From the NCBI GenBank assembly GCA_021789495.1, contig JAJYJM010000001.1:4018-68017 (forward strand): 64,000 nucleotides of DNA. The letters run 5' to 3'. The notes beneath the pieces are model-generated. The model was not told the origin of the DNA. It made no database searches and saw nothing but the letters and a program-made list of their open reading frames with translations. The DNA comes from Nitrospirota bacterium. GTDB taxonomy: Bacteria > Nitrospirota > JACRHJ01. The position numbers were made by a program, and so were the translations under genes. Positions 24,419 through 34,646 of the stretch are shown in pieces. Position 1 is the first letter of the stretch. Every line of letters begins with the position of its first letter.

Positions 24419-25390
24419 TCAAAGGGAAACAGGAGGTTTCGTTTTCAGCGCAAGTCCCGCCGCGCCGAGGATTCCGGCGTCGTCTTTGAGTTTTCCCCGG
24501 ACTATTCTGCACCGTTGCGCCGGTATTTTGAACGCCCTGGCCTGGACTTCCTCCCTGAGCGGCCCGATGAAAAGCTCCCATGCTCCGGACATCCCGCCCC
24601 CGATTACAACACACTCCATATTAAGAAGGTCAATTAGGTCGGCAATGGCGATACCAAGGTATTTACCGGCCTCCGAATAAATCCGCGCCGCCGCCCTGTC
24701 GCCTTTTTTCGCTGCATCCGCAATGGCTTCCGGCGTTAACATGCCGTTTTTCAGCAGGGTTTTCAGGGTGGTTTTCCCGTTCCCTGAGGCCGCGGATTCC
24801 GCCATTTCCATAACCGCCGTGGCCGAGGAATACCTCTCCAGGCACCCCCGGTTCCCGCACGGGCAGAGCGGCCCGTCCGGGTTTACGGTGATATGCCCGA
24901 CCTCTCCGGCCATGCCGTCCGCGCCCCGCCAGATGCCCCCGTCCAGAATTATACCCCCGCCGACCCCGGTGCCAAGTGTAATGCAGACCATGCTTTTTGC
25001 GCCCTTCCCGGCGCCGAACCAGTACTCGCCCAAGGCATAAGCGTTTGCGTCGTTTTCCACGTATACGGGGTATTGGAAGTTTTCGCTTAAGTGCGAGCGG
25101 AGCGGCACATCCCGCCAGCCTGGCAGGTTCGGGGAAAGCCGCACGATGCCATCCCTGGCCGATGTTATACCGGGGACTCCTATGCCGATTCCGGCCACTT
25201 CCAGCCCCATCGATTCCGCCTTCATGGCAAGCGTCCGGATGCCGCTCGTCAGCCTCTCAAGGACAATCTCCACCCCCTCCGTGGCCATTGTCCCGGTGAG
25301 ACGGCGCGAGATTATCTTTTCGTCCTCGCTCACCAGCCCGAAACGCAGGTTCGTGCCTCCGAGATCGACCCCTATGGCGGCTCTCTGCAA
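24419..25390 (-). CDS. ROK family glucokinase
   Basis: N-terminal DLGGTNLR ATP motif. ROK zinc motif CPCGNRGCLE. Confidence 0.8.
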   Translation of the reverse strand: MQRAAIGVDLGGTNLRFGLVSEDEKIISRRLTGTMATEGVEIVLERLTSGIRTLAMKAESMGLEVAGIGIGVPGITSARDGIVRLSPNLPGWRDVPLRSHLSENFQYPVYVENDANAYALGEYWFGAGKGAKSMVCITLGTGVGGGIILDGGIWRGADGMAGEVGHITVNPDGPLCPCGNRGCLERYSSATAVMEMAESAASGNGKTTLKTLLKNGMLTPEAIADAAKKGDRAAARIYSEAGKYLGIAIADLIDLLNMECVVIGGGMSGAWELFIGPLREEVQARAFKIPAQRCRIVRGKLKDDAGILGAAGLALKTKPPVSL

Positions 25391-25582
25391 CGGATTTTCT
25401 CCTTTAGGTTTGATTAACGAAAATAATAATTCCTCCGGCGCTTTTTGTCCACGATAAATTCAAGGAACCGTCCTTATAATAATAAATTTTCGCAACCTTG
25501 TATGCAAGGCTTGAAATTATTGAAGAAAAATAAATGTAAATTACCTTGAAATTTTTTCTTATACGTGGTATGTTTTTAAAGA

Positions 25583-27085
25583 ATGTGTTTTTCTAATCCG
25601 GATTCGGCCTTCAACCGAGTACTACTTATCCAGCCGCCTTTCTCAAGATGGCCTGGAGAAGCGAAAGTCGTGCAGCCGCCGCTTGGGCTTGCATACATCG
25701 CAGCCGTTCTTGAAAAGGACGGGTACACGGTCAAGATCATCGATGCGCCATTGGAAGGGTACGAAGAGGAAATAAAATTTTCTGATGGCAGACACAGATA
25801 CGGGCTGAGCTATGAGGAAATACTCAAGAGGGTTAAGGAATTCAGACCGGACATCATAGGCATATCCTGCTCTTTTTCGACCCTTTTTTACACGGTCTGC
25901 GAGTTAAGCCGCGAGATAAAGAAATTCGACAAGAGCATAAAGATATGCGTTGGCGGGGCACACCCGACATCTGTCCCGGAAGAGGTGCTTGAACGGGAGG
26001 AGATAGATTTCGTCATCATAGGTGAGGGCGAGGCCAGGTTCAGCCAGCTTCTTGCGGCCCTGTCGGCGGGAGAATCCCTTTCCGCGATTGACGGCCTGGG
26101 ATACAGGCAGGGTAACAAGGTTTTGATTAACCCGCCAGTGAACTACATCCGGGACCTCGATGAAATACCGTTCCCGGCGCGGCATCTGCTCGACATGGAA
26201 AAGTATCTCCGGATCAACAAGCCGCACGGGGTCTCGACGAAGGGTGACCGCGCGACGACCATCATAACGTCGCGCGGCTGTCCGGCGAACTGCATATTCT
26301 GCTCGATTCACGGCATCTGGGGCAGGAAGTTCAGGGTCAGGTCTCCTGAAAACGTTATAAAGGAAATAGAACTCTTGAAAACGCAGTACGGCATAGACGA
26401 GATCCTCTTCGAGGACGACAACCTTACCTTTGATAACAAACGGGCCGAGAAGATATTCGACCTTATGATCGACAAGGGCTTCAACCTGCACTGGAAAACC
26501 CCCAACGGCGTGGCGCTGTGGCGGCTTACTGAAACCTTGATTGCCAAGATGAGGAAAAGCGGGTGCTACCATCTGGCCTTTGCCATCGAGTCAGGAAACG
26601 ACCATGTGCTCCACGGGATAATCAAGAAACCGCTCAACCTTAAGAAGGTCAAAACTCTTATCGATGCGGCTAAGAGGTGCGGAATAATAGCTGAGGGCTT
26701 CTTTGTGCTGGGATTTCCGGGTGAGACCTTCGAGCAGATGAAAGAGACGTTCAAATATGCCCTGCATCTAGGGCTCGACAAGGCTAACTTCATGATAGCA
26801 ACGCCTTATCCGGGCACACGGCTGTATGAGGTCTGCGTCAAGGACGGCTATCTCGCCGACGGTTTCGACTACAAGGACCTGATTACGAGAAGGGCCAGCA
26901 TCAAGACTCCGGACTTTACGCCCGCGCAGGTGGAAAGATTCGTCTCCAGGTTGATTCTGAGTTTTCAGGCACACAGGATAATAAAAAACCCATTCGGAGC
27001 GTTTCGCATATTAACTACCAGGTTCATGTCCGACCCGATAACCATGTTCAAGTGGCTATTGGAAAGGGTAACGGAAGCCTGTTAA
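25583..27085 (+). CDS. B12-binding domain radical SAM protein (class B radical SAM)
   Basis: N-terminal cobalamin-binding Rossmann region (LLIQPP...PLGLAYIAA). SRGCPANCIFCS radical SAM motif. 500 aa. Confidence 0.75.
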   Translation: MCFSNPDSAFNRVLLIQPPFSRWPGEAKVVQPPLGLAYIAAVLEKDGYTVKIIDAPLEGYEEEIKFSDGRHRYGLSYEEILKRVKEFRPDIIGISCSFSTLFYTVCELSREIKKFDKSIKICVGGAHPTSVPEEVLEREEIDFVIIGEGEARFSQLLAALSAGESLSAIDGLGYRQGNKVLINPPVNYIRDLDEIPFPARHLLDMEKYLRINKPHGVSTKGDRATTIITSRGCPANCIFCSIHGIWGRKFRVRSPENVIKEIELLKTQYGIDEILFEDDNLTFDNKRAEKIFDLMIDKGFNLHWKTPNGVALWRLTETLIAKMRKSGCYHLAFAIESGNDHVLHGIIKKPLNLKKVKTLIDAAKRCGIIAEGFFVLGFPGETFEQMKETFKYALHLGLDKANFMIATPYPGTRLYEVCVKDGYLADGFDYKDLITRRASIKTPDFTPAQVERFVSRLILSFQAHRIIKNPFGAFRILTTRFMSDPITMFKWLLERVTEAC

Positions 27086-27175
27086 ATGGGGGACGCGCAG
27101 AAACGACGGTTAAAACAAACCGGCAAAAGCTGCGCTTACAAGTTGAATCCAGCCAATAACAACGGGACATCTGCC

Positions 27176-27577
27176 ATGAAAAACGTAGATGGTGTCAAGT
27201 ACAGAATGACCAAACAGAAGAGGGTTATCCTCGAAGTTCTGAAGAACACGAAGTCCCATCCGACGGCTGACTGGGTATACGACAGGGTGCGTAAAAAAAT
27301 ACCCAATATCAGCCTCGGCACGGTGTACAGGAACCTCAATATTCTGAAAAACCAGGGAGAGATACTCGAGCTGTCCTACGGCAAAGGTTTCAGCCGGTTC
27401 GACGGCAATGCGTCGAGGCATTACCACTTCACCTGCGAGCACTGCGGCAGGATACTCGACATCGAGACCCCGGAATTTATAGAGATGGAGCATGAGGTCG
27501 CCAGACGGATGGGCGTAAAAGTGGCGCGGCATCGCCTTGAATTCTACGGCTCCTGCCCGGACTGCATGACCGACTGA
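27176..27577 (+). CDS. Fur family transcriptional regulator (Fur/PerR/Zur)
   Basis: Winged-helix N-terminus (RVILEVL...HPTADWVY). HYHFTCEHCG and CPDC metal-site motifs. The longer listed ORF starts 1 nt after the rSAM stop, so the internal Met was chosen. Confidence 0.8.
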   Translation: MKNVDGVKYRMTKQKRVILEVLKNTKSHPTADWVYDRVRKKIPNISLGTVYRNLNILKNQGEILELSYGKGFSRFDGNASRHYHFTCEHCGRILDIETPEFIEMEHEVARRMGVKVARHRLEFYGSCPDCMTD

Positions 27578-27600
27578 TATATCCTTACTTACGGCACCGG

Positions 27601-28095
27601 ATGACTCAATCACTCAAGCTCGAAGAATCTTTTTTGAAGATAGCCTCGGATGAGGCGCTTCCCTTAAGACTTACCCTCGCCAACCGCGAAAGGCTGACCG
27701 GCGTGGTAAAATCGGTCGGGAAATACGACCTGACGCTCGAATCCGAAGGGCGCGTAGTCGCGCTTATGAAAAAGGAAGTCTTCCAGGCGATTCCCCCGCG
27801 CGACATCCTCGATGAATCCTTCTTCAAAGCCCCGATGGACGAAGAGCAGTTTCCGCAGAAATCCCGCGTGCAGGACGAGTTCCTGAGCCGCTTTGTAAAG
27901 GAGCGGACTCTCGCCCTCCTGCGGCTCATAAACGGCGAAGAAATCCGGGGCGTCATAGACGGCTACGACGGCTTCACCATCTCCATAAGGACCGGCAGGG
28001 GCCAGGCTATGATATACAAGCACGGTATATGCAGCATCAGCCCCGGTTACAGGCGGCGGCAGACCGGCAGCCCGGCTTCAGTCGAGGGAAAATGA
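27601..28095 (+). CDS. Hfq-like protein with two tandem Sm domains
   Basis: Two repeats match the Hfq pattern (QSL..FLN..R.E..PV.I.L.NG..L.G.I.SFD.F.ILL.....Q.MVYKHAIS). The second carries the MIYKHGI Sm2 motif. Confidence 0.6.
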   Translation: MTQSLKLEESFLKIASDEALPLRLTLANRERLTGVVKSVGKYDLTLESEGRVVALMKKEVFQAIPPRDILDESFFKAPMDEEQFPQKSRVQDEFLSRFVKERTLALLRLINGEEIRGVIDGYDGFTISIRTGRGQAMIYKHGICSISPGYRRRQTGSPASVEGK

Positions 28096-28493
28096 ACGGC
28101 AATCCGTTTGACGATACGCTCGAAGAGTTTTATTCCAGGGGAACGGAGGCCGCTTTTGTCCTGAAAGACGGCTCCCGGCTCACAGGCAGGATAAAGCGGT
28201 TCGACGGCTATGTCGTTTTCCTTGAAAACGGCGCCGAGATGATGGTATATCGCCATTCAATCCTGAAACTCTCCGAAGCCGCGGCGCAGGATCGCGCCGA
28301 GACTCAGACGCGCCCGTTATCCGAACCCAAGACGGCTCCAGCGCCGAAATCCCGCCCGAAAACCCTTCCGCGCCCCAAAAGACCGCCCAGAAAGGAACAG
28401 TCTTTTTCCGTCCAGCAGAAGGAGCCGGGGGCTGTTTCCAGGATGGGGGAAGAGCTCCTGAAGTGGCTTAAAAACCAGAAGGGCAATGAGTAA
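28092..28493 (+). CDS. Hfq-like Sm domain protein with basic Pro/Lys-rich C-terminal tail
   Basis: A third Hfq-like domain (LTGRIKRFDGYVVFLENGAEMMVYRHSI). ATGA stop/start overlap with the preceding ORF. Low-complexity tail. Confidence 0.6.
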   Translation: MNGNPFDDTLEEFYSRGTEAAFVLKDGSRLTGRIKRFDGYVVFLENGAEMMVYRHSILKLSEAAAQDRAETQTRPLSEPKTAPAPKSRPKTLPRPKRPPRKEQSFSVQQKEPGAVSRMGEELLKWLKNQKGNE

Positions 28494-30021
28494 CATTTCC
28501 CTGTTTTTCCTCCCCGTTATCTCCGGCATCCTCCTCGCGCTGTCCTTCCCGAAGCCGGACATGTCCGCCCTGGCATGGGTCGCGCTCGTCCCGCTCCTTT
28601 ACTCGATACGGGAAAAAACGCCCCGGCAATCCTTCAAAGAGGGCTTCGCCGCCGGAATAGTCTTTTATACCGTTTCCCTGAAATGGGTTCTTATAGTCAT
28701 GCGGCAGTACGGGGGGCTTGGTTTAATCCCAAGCTTTTTCCTGCTCATCGCGCTCTCGGCCTATCTCGCCCTTTATGTCGGCGCGTTCGCGTGGCTGTAT
28801 GCAAAGGCGCGCGCATATGCCGGGCAGGCGGCGCTCTTCCCGGCCCCTGCGTTCTGGGCGGCGTTGGAACTGCTGCGGAATTACGCCATCTCCGGCTTCC
28901 CCTGGAACCTGCTCGGATATTCCCAGCACAATAACCTGCCCATGATACAGATTGCCGACATTACCGGCGTTTACGGCGTGTCCGCCTTGATTGTCCTTGT
29001 AAACGCGGCGATTGCCGAACTTGTGGCCATAATGGCCCGCAGGGAATATGCAAACTACAGAAAATATATTATGCCCATCATAGCCTCGGCGGTTTTTGCG
29101 GCATGCGCTTTATATGGAAATTACCGCCTTGCGAACCTCCCGCGTCCTTACGGCTCCATGAGGATAACCCTCGTCCAGGGGGATATTGACCAGTTTCATA
29201 AATGGAACCCGGCCTTTCAGGACAAGGTATTCGATATTTACAAGAACCTTACGGCCGAAGCCGCCGCGCAGAAAAACCGTCCGGACCTGATAATCTGGCC
29301 TGAGACGGCCACTCCGTTCTGCTTTCAGGACAGCGGCATGGAGGCGCAGCTTAAAGACGCGGTAAGGAAGGCGGATACATGGCTTCTGACCGGCAGCCCG
29401 TCGATTGAGGAAAAGAACGGCGACGACATAGAATACAACAGCGCGTATCTGCTTGACCCGTCGGGCCGGGAGGCCGGTCGCTACGACAAGACCCATCTTG
29501 TCCCATTCGGGGAATATGTGCCGATGCAGACCTTCCTGCCGTTCGTGAACAAGATGGTTCACGGCATAGGCGACTTCGGCGCAGGCACGGAATATACCGT
29601 TATGCGCACCGACAAGGGCGCTTTCGGGACGGCTATATGTTTCGAGGTGATATTCCCGGAGCTTGTCCGAAAGTTCGCGCTTAACGGCGCTACTTTTCTC
29701 GCCACCATAACAAACGACGCGTGGTTCGGGAACTCCGGCGCGCCGTATCAGCATTTCGACATGGCGGTCTTCCGGGCGGTGGAGAACAGGAGGGCGATGG
29801 TGCGCGCCGCCAATACGGGTATCTCCGGAATTATCCTGCCGTCGGGAAGGGTATCCGCCGAAACGGAAATCTTCACGCGCGGCGAGATAACGGGAAATAT
29901 CCCACTGATGGATAAAATGACATTCTACACCCGGCACGGGGACGTTTTCGCCTATTTATGCTCTGGAATAACAGCGCTCTTTATTGGTATAATCCTATCC
30001 AGGAGGTTTATAAAGACATGA
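28486..30021 (+). CDS. lnt: apolipoprotein N-acyltransferase
   Basis: Multi-TM N-terminus plus CN-hydrolase domain with catalytic CFE (ICFEVIFPE). Confidence 0.9.
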   Translation: MSNISLFFLPVISGILLALSFPKPDMSALAWVALVPLLYSIREKTPRQSFKEGFAAGIVFYTVSLKWVLIVMRQYGGLGLIPSFFLLIALSAYLALYVGAFAWLYAKARAYAGQAALFPAPAFWAALELLRNYAISGFPWNLLGYSQHNNLPMIQIADITGVYGVSALIVLVNAAIAELVAIMARREYANYRKYIMPIIASAVFAACALYGNYRLANLPRPYGSMRITLVQGDIDQFHKWNPAFQDKVFDIYKNLTAEAAAQKNRPDLIIWPETATPFCFQDSGMEAQLKDAVRKADTWLLTGSPSIEEKNGDDIEYNSAYLLDPSGREAGRYDKTHLVPFGEYVPMQTFLPFVNKMVHGIGDFGAGTEYTVMRTDKGAFGTAICFEVIFPELVRKFALNGATFLATITNDAWFGNSGAPYQHFDMAVFRAVENRRAMVRAANTGISGIILPSGRVSAETEIFTRGEITGNIPLMDKMTFYTRHGDVFAYLCSGITALFIGIILSRRFIKT

Positions 30022-31155
30022 TAACGATGGAAGAGGTTCAGCGGGAGCTGGCTCGCCTCCAGGACAGGGTCTCGGCCCTGGGGAGGCATCTTTGACATAC
30101 CGGCCAAGGAGAGGCGCGTCCGGGAGATAAACGCACTTATGGAGGCGCAGGGGTTCTGGGAAAACGCCGAGGCCGCGCAGTCGCTCATGAAGGAGAAGAC
30201 CGCGCTCCAGAACTCCATAGCGTCATGGGAATCCCTGAGCAAGGCGTCCGAAGACCTGTCGGTCATGCTGGAGCTTTCCTCTGAGGAAGGTGGCGAAGCC
30301 CTGGTTTCGGATATAGATGCGGGGATGCAAAAACTCGCCCATGACGTGGACTCGGCGGAACTTGAGCTTATGCTCTCAGGCGAAAACGACAGGCTGAACG
30401 CCATCCTCACAATCCATCCCGGCGCGGGCGGCACGGAATCCCAGGACTGGGCGGAAATGCTCCTTCGGATGTACCTGCGGTGGGCGGAGCGGAGCGGCTT
30501 CAGGACGGACATCATAGACTCGCTGCCCGGCGAAGAGGCTGGCATCAAGAGCGTGACGGTCGAGGTAATCGGCAAAAACGCGTTCGGCTATTTGAAGGCC
30601 GAGGCCGGAGTCCACAGGCTGGTAAGGATTTCCCCCTTCGACGCCAACAAGAGAAGGCACACGAGCTTCGCGTCCGTCTTCGTATATCCGGAGGTCGAGG
30701 ACGACGTAAAGATAGAGATAGACGAAAAGGACCTGCGGATAGACACCTACCGCTCCTCCGGCGCGGGCGGCCAGCACGTAAACAAGACCTCCTCCGCAAT
30801 ACGCATCACGCACATCCCGACGAACATTGTCGTGCAGTGCCAGGACGAGCGTTCGCAGTTCAAGAACAAGGACAAGGCGTTCAAGGTCCTGCGCTCCCGC
30901 CTCTACGACCTGGAGGTGAAGAAGAAGGAAGAGGAGCGCGATAAAATTAACAGCACGAAAAAGGACATCACCTGGGGAAGCCAGATACGCTCCTACGTCT
31001 TCATGCCCTACCAGATGGTAAAAGACCACAGGACGGGCCACGAGGTCGGCAATATAGGCGCCGTCATGGACGGAGACATAGACGGCTTCATCGAGGCGTA
31101 TCTCCTGGGCAAGCGCGCCCAGCCGGGTGAGGAAAACGCCGATAAACTATCATAA
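30018..31155 (+). CDS. prfB: peptide chain release factor 2, with programmed +1 ribosomal frameshift
   Basis: ORF0 starts at ATG 30018 and ends at the in-frame TGA at 30093. The shift site GGGAGG CAT CTT TGA C sits at 30081-30096. The +1 frame continues into the main ORF with the SGAGGQHVNKT GGQ motif. Confidence 0.85.
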
Positions 31156-31176
31156 CTCCCCCGATAAAGGAAGGTC

Positions 31177-31202
31177 GTCATTCTGAACGAAGTGAAGAAT
31201 CC
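31177..31202 (+). repeat. copy of dispersed repeat (GTCATTCTGAACGAAGTGAAGAATCC)
   Basis: Read directly. Overlaps the annotated GTG start of the following gene. Confidence 0.6.
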
Positions 31203-31845
31203 GCCCTTAGTTATTGACGAGCTTTTGCGACATTACAAGTCACGCAAAGCCGAAATACGCGCCCGCCTCGCCGAGTTCAAGGAAACATGGCGGCAGGGAG
31301 ACCTTGCGATATTCAAGGAACTCTGCTTCTGTATCCTGACGGCGAACACCTCCGCGAGGATGGGCATCACCTGCATCGAGGCTGCGGACGACGACATTCT
31401 GACCGCCGACGCCGAAGGCATACGGAATATCCTCTGCGGCAGATACCGCTTCTGGAAGACCCGTCCGAATTATATTGTGCATACGCGGGAATACTTAAAA
31501 AGCGAGTGCGGCCTTAAAATCAAGAGGCAAATCGAATCCCTGTCAGACTTTCACGAGCGCCGCGATTTCTTCGCCGACAACCCCGGCGTCAAGGGCCTGG
31601 GCTACAAAGAAGCGAGCCACTTCCTGCGGAACATCGGTTTTGAAGGCTACGCAATCCTCGACATACACGTAGTCCGCCTGCTGCACGAACTGGGCGTGCT
31701 CCCGGAGGCGAGACGCCCGGCGAACAGGAAGCAGTATGTCTTCATGGAAGAGAGGATGCGCGAGTTTTCAAAGGACATCAAAATCGGGATGGATGACCTC
31801 GACCTCGCACTATGGAGCTACAGGACGGGGGAAATACTGAAGTAG
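31192..31845 (+). CDS. N-glycosylase/DNA lyase (Ogg2/archaeal-type 8-oxoguanine DNA glycosylase)
   Basis: HhH-GPD pattern with conserved K and D (KGLGYKEASHFLRNIG...ILDIH). Confidence 0.75.
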   Translation: MKNPPLVIDELLRHYKSRKAEIRARLAEFKETWRQGDLAIFKELCFCILTANTSARMGITCIEAADDDILTADAEGIRNILCGRYRFWKTRPNYIVHTREYLKSECGLKIKRQIESLSDFHERRDFFADNPGVKGLGYKEASHFLRNIGFEGYAILDIHVVRLLHELGVLPEARRPANRKQYVFMEERMREFSKDIKIGMDDLDLALWSYRTGEILK

Positions 31846-31859
31846 CCGCCTTTATTCCC

Positions 31860-31888
31860 TTGACCTGCCTGCAATTTCTTTCTATAAT
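31860..31888 (+). promoter_or_regulatory. sigma70-type promoter upstream of lysS
   Basis: -35 TTGACC, 17 nt spacer, perfect -10 TATAAT. A GAGAGG Shine-Dalgarno lies 8 nt before the ATG. Confidence 0.55.
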
Positions 31889-31921
31889 TCCAAGACGTTA
31901 TAATTCACGAGAGGAATAATA

Positions 31922-33406
31922 ATGCTTGAGGACAACGAGCTGATACAGGTACGTAAAAAGAAACTCGAAGAGCTTCACGCGATGGGAATAAACCCTTACG
32001 GGCAGCGCTACGAAGTAAAAGACCACGCTAAGGAACTTCACAACAAATACGGTGAAACCTCCAAGGAAGAACTGGAGAACAACAAAGTCCAGGTAAAAGC
32101 GGCGGGGAGAATAGTCGCACTCAGGAGCTTCGGCAAGGCCGCATTTGCGCACATACTCGACGCGAGCGGCAAGATCCAGATTTACATGAAGCGCGACATG
32201 CTGGGCGAGGAGCAGTTCAAGCTGATGAACCTGCTGGATGTCGGCGACCATATCGGCGTCGAAGGTTTTCTCTTTCGCACGAAGACAAACGAACTGACAA
32301 TAGAGGTGGAGAAGCTTGCGCTTTTGTCCAAATCGCTTCGGCCTCTGCCTGAGAAATGGCACGGCCTGACCGACATCGAGACCCGCTACCGCCAGAGATA
32401 CGTGGACTTAATCGTAAACCCGGAAGTCCGCGATACGTTTGTCACGCGCAACAGGATAATAAAAGCGATACGCGCGTTTCTGGAAGGGCTGGGGTTCCTT
32501 GAAGTCGAGACGCCGATGATGCAGAGAATTCCAGGCGGTGCGACCGCAAGGCCGTTCATCACGCACCACAACGCGCTGGACATGGATTTATACTTGCGTA
32601 TCGCACCGGAACTTTATTTGAAGCGCCTCATCGTAGGCGGCCTTGAAAGGGTATTCGAGCTTAACAGGAACTTCAGGAACGAGGGCATCTCCATAAAACA
32701 CAATCCTGAATTCACGATGCTCGAATTTTATATGGCATATGCGGACTACCGCGTCCTTATGGACCTGACAGAGGAACTGTTTGCCCATACCGCCCAGGAT
32801 ATGAAAGGAAGCCTGAAGTTTACATATCAGGGCGACGAAATAGATCTGACTCCTCCCTGGCCGCGCATGAGTATGGAAGAGGCCATTGTAAAATTCGCGG
32901 GAGCTCCCGCCGGGGATTTAGGCGACCTTGAGAGCGCGCGGCAGTTCGCAAAGAAAAATAACGTGCCGCTCGAAGACGACCTCTCTCTTGCGAAAGTGGT
33001 CAACGAGATATTCGAGAAAACAACTGAATTTAAGATAATGAACCCGGTGTTTATCACCGACTATCCAGTCGAACTATCCCCGCTCTCGCGCAGGAATGAC
33101 AAGAATCCGGACATGGTAGACCGCTTCGAGCTTATAATCGCAGGTCGGGAAATGGCGAACGCGTTCTCCGAACTTAACGACCCTCAGGATCAGCTATCGC
33201 GCTTTCAGGATCAGGTCGCTCAACGTGAAAAAGGAGACCAGGAAGCGCAATTCATGGACGAGGACTATATTCGCGCGTTAGAATACGGTATGCCTCCGAC
33301 TGCCGGAGAGGGAATAGGAATCGACCGCCTCGTGATGCTGATGACTGACTCGCCGTCAATTCGTGATGTAATCCTTTTTCCGCAGCTTCGGAAAGAGCAG
33401 CCTTAG
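31922..33406 (+). CDS. lysS: lysine--tRNA ligase (class II)
   Basis: OB-fold N-terminus. Class II motifs (FRNEG, GGGIGIDRLVM). Confidence 0.95.
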   Translation: MLEDNELIQVRKKKLEELHAMGINPYGQRYEVKDHAKELHNKYGETSKEELENNKVQVKAAGRIVALRSFGKAAFAHILDASGKIQIYMKRDMLGEEQFKLMNLLDVGDHIGVEGFLFRTKTNELTIEVEKLALLSKSLRPLPEKWHGLTDIETRYRQRYVDLIVNPEVRDTFVTRNRIIKAIRAFLEGLGFLEVETPMMQRIPGGATARPFITHHNALDMDLYLRIAPELYLKRLIVGGLERVFELNRNFRNEGISIKHNPEFTMLEFYMAYADYRVLMDLTEELFAHTAQDMKGSLKFTYQGDEIDLTPPWPRMSMEEAIVKFAGAPAGDLGDLESARQFAKKNNVPLEDDLSLAKVVNEIFEKTTEFKIMNPVFITDYPVELSPLSRRNDKNPDMVDRFELIIAGREMANAFSELNDPQDQLSRFQDQVAQREKGDQEAQFMDEDYIRALEYGMPPTAGEGIGIDRLVMLMTDSPSIRDVILFPQLRKEQP

Positions 33407-34633
33407 ATGTCTTACTCCTCTTTTATCGCGCTCCGCTACTTGAAAGGCAAGCACAAGCGCGCGCCTATCTCGCTCAATACCATCATCTCCATCGGCGGCG
33501 TGGCGCTTGGCGTTATGACGCTTATCGTCGTGCTTTCCGTGATGAGCGGGTTCGAGAACGACCTGGAAAGCAAAATCCTCGGCACCAACTCCCCCATTAT
33601 AGTAACGTCATTCTACGACAAGGGCATAGCGGATTACGGCGTCCAGATGAAGAAGCTACAGGCGATCCCTCACGTTGTCTCCGTCGCTCCGTTTACATAC
33701 AGCGAGGTCATGCTCACATCTCCCAACAGCGTCTCCGGGATAATCCTGAAAGGTGTTGACCCCTCGTCCATAGGAAAGGTTACAAAGCTCTCGAAGACAA
33801 TGGTCTCCGGGAGCATATCTGGTCTCTCAGCGCCCGGTTCCGCGCCTGGAATACTTCTTGGGCGGGAATTGGCTGTCAACCTCGACGTGCGGATGGGAGA
33901 CAAGGTGCGGGTGGTATCTCCGTTCGGCACCATAACCCCGCTCGGCCCGGCGCCGAAGTTCAAGGAATTCACAGTCCGCGGGATTTTCGACACCGGCATG
34001 TACGAATACGACTCCAAGCTTGCGTACATATCCATCCCGGAGGCGCAGAAATTCTTCGGATTCGGAGATTCCATCACGGGCTTCGAGGTGCGGATAGACG
34101 ACCTTGGCAGAGCCGCGCCATTGGCCAAAACGATACAGAAACGCCTCGGCTTTCCGTTTCGCGCGCAGGACTGGATACAGATGAACCGGAGCCTTTTCTC
34201 CGCGCTGAAGCTTGAGAAGATTACCATGTTCGTCATACTCGTGCTTATCATCATAGTCGCGTCTTTCAACATCGTCAGCACGCTCATAATGATAGTCATG
34301 GACAAGGCGAGAGAGATTGCGATACTCAAGTCAATGGGTGCGACAAATAGAGGCATAATGAAAATATTCATGATAAACGGCACGATTATCGGACTCGTCG
34401 GGACGTTCATCGGGCTTGCGGGCGGGCTTGGGATATGTCTTATCGTAGAGAAAACACATCTGATAACGCTCCCCAGCGATATTTATTACATCAACCATCT
34501 GCCCGTAAGGATGGACCCTGTCGAGATAATAGTCGTGTGCGCTTCCGCCATAATAATCAGTTTCGGGGCGACGCTTTATCCGTCCCGGCAGGCGGCGAAG
34601 CTCGACCCGCTTGAGGCCCTCAGGTACGAATAA
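33407..34633 (+). CDS. lipoprotein-releasing system permease (LolC/LolE family, FtsX-like)
   Basis: MSYSSFIALRYLKGKHK N-terminus, 4 TM helices with large periplasmic loop, MacB/FtsX-like C-terminus. Confidence 0.85.
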   Translation: MSYSSFIALRYLKGKHKRAPISLNTIISIGGVALGVMTLIVVLSVMSGFENDLESKILGTNSPIIVTSFYDKGIADYGVQMKKLQAIPHVVSVAPFTYSEVMLTSPNSVSGIILKGVDPSSIGKVTKLSKTMVSGSISGLSAPGSAPGILLGRELAVNLDVRMGDKVRVVSPFGTITPLGPAPKFKEFTVRGIFDTGMYEYDSKLAYISIPEAQKFFGFGDSITGFEVRIDDLGRAAPLAKTIQKRLGFPFRAQDWIQMNRSLFSALKLEKITMFVILVLIIIVASFNIVSTLIMIVMDKAREIAILKSMGATNRGIMKIFMINGTIIGLVGTFIGLAGGLGICLIVEKTHLITLPSDIYYINHLPVRMDPVEIIVVCASAIIISFGATLYPSRQAAKLDPLEALRYE

Positions 34634-34646
34634 AGGAGGTAATGGC

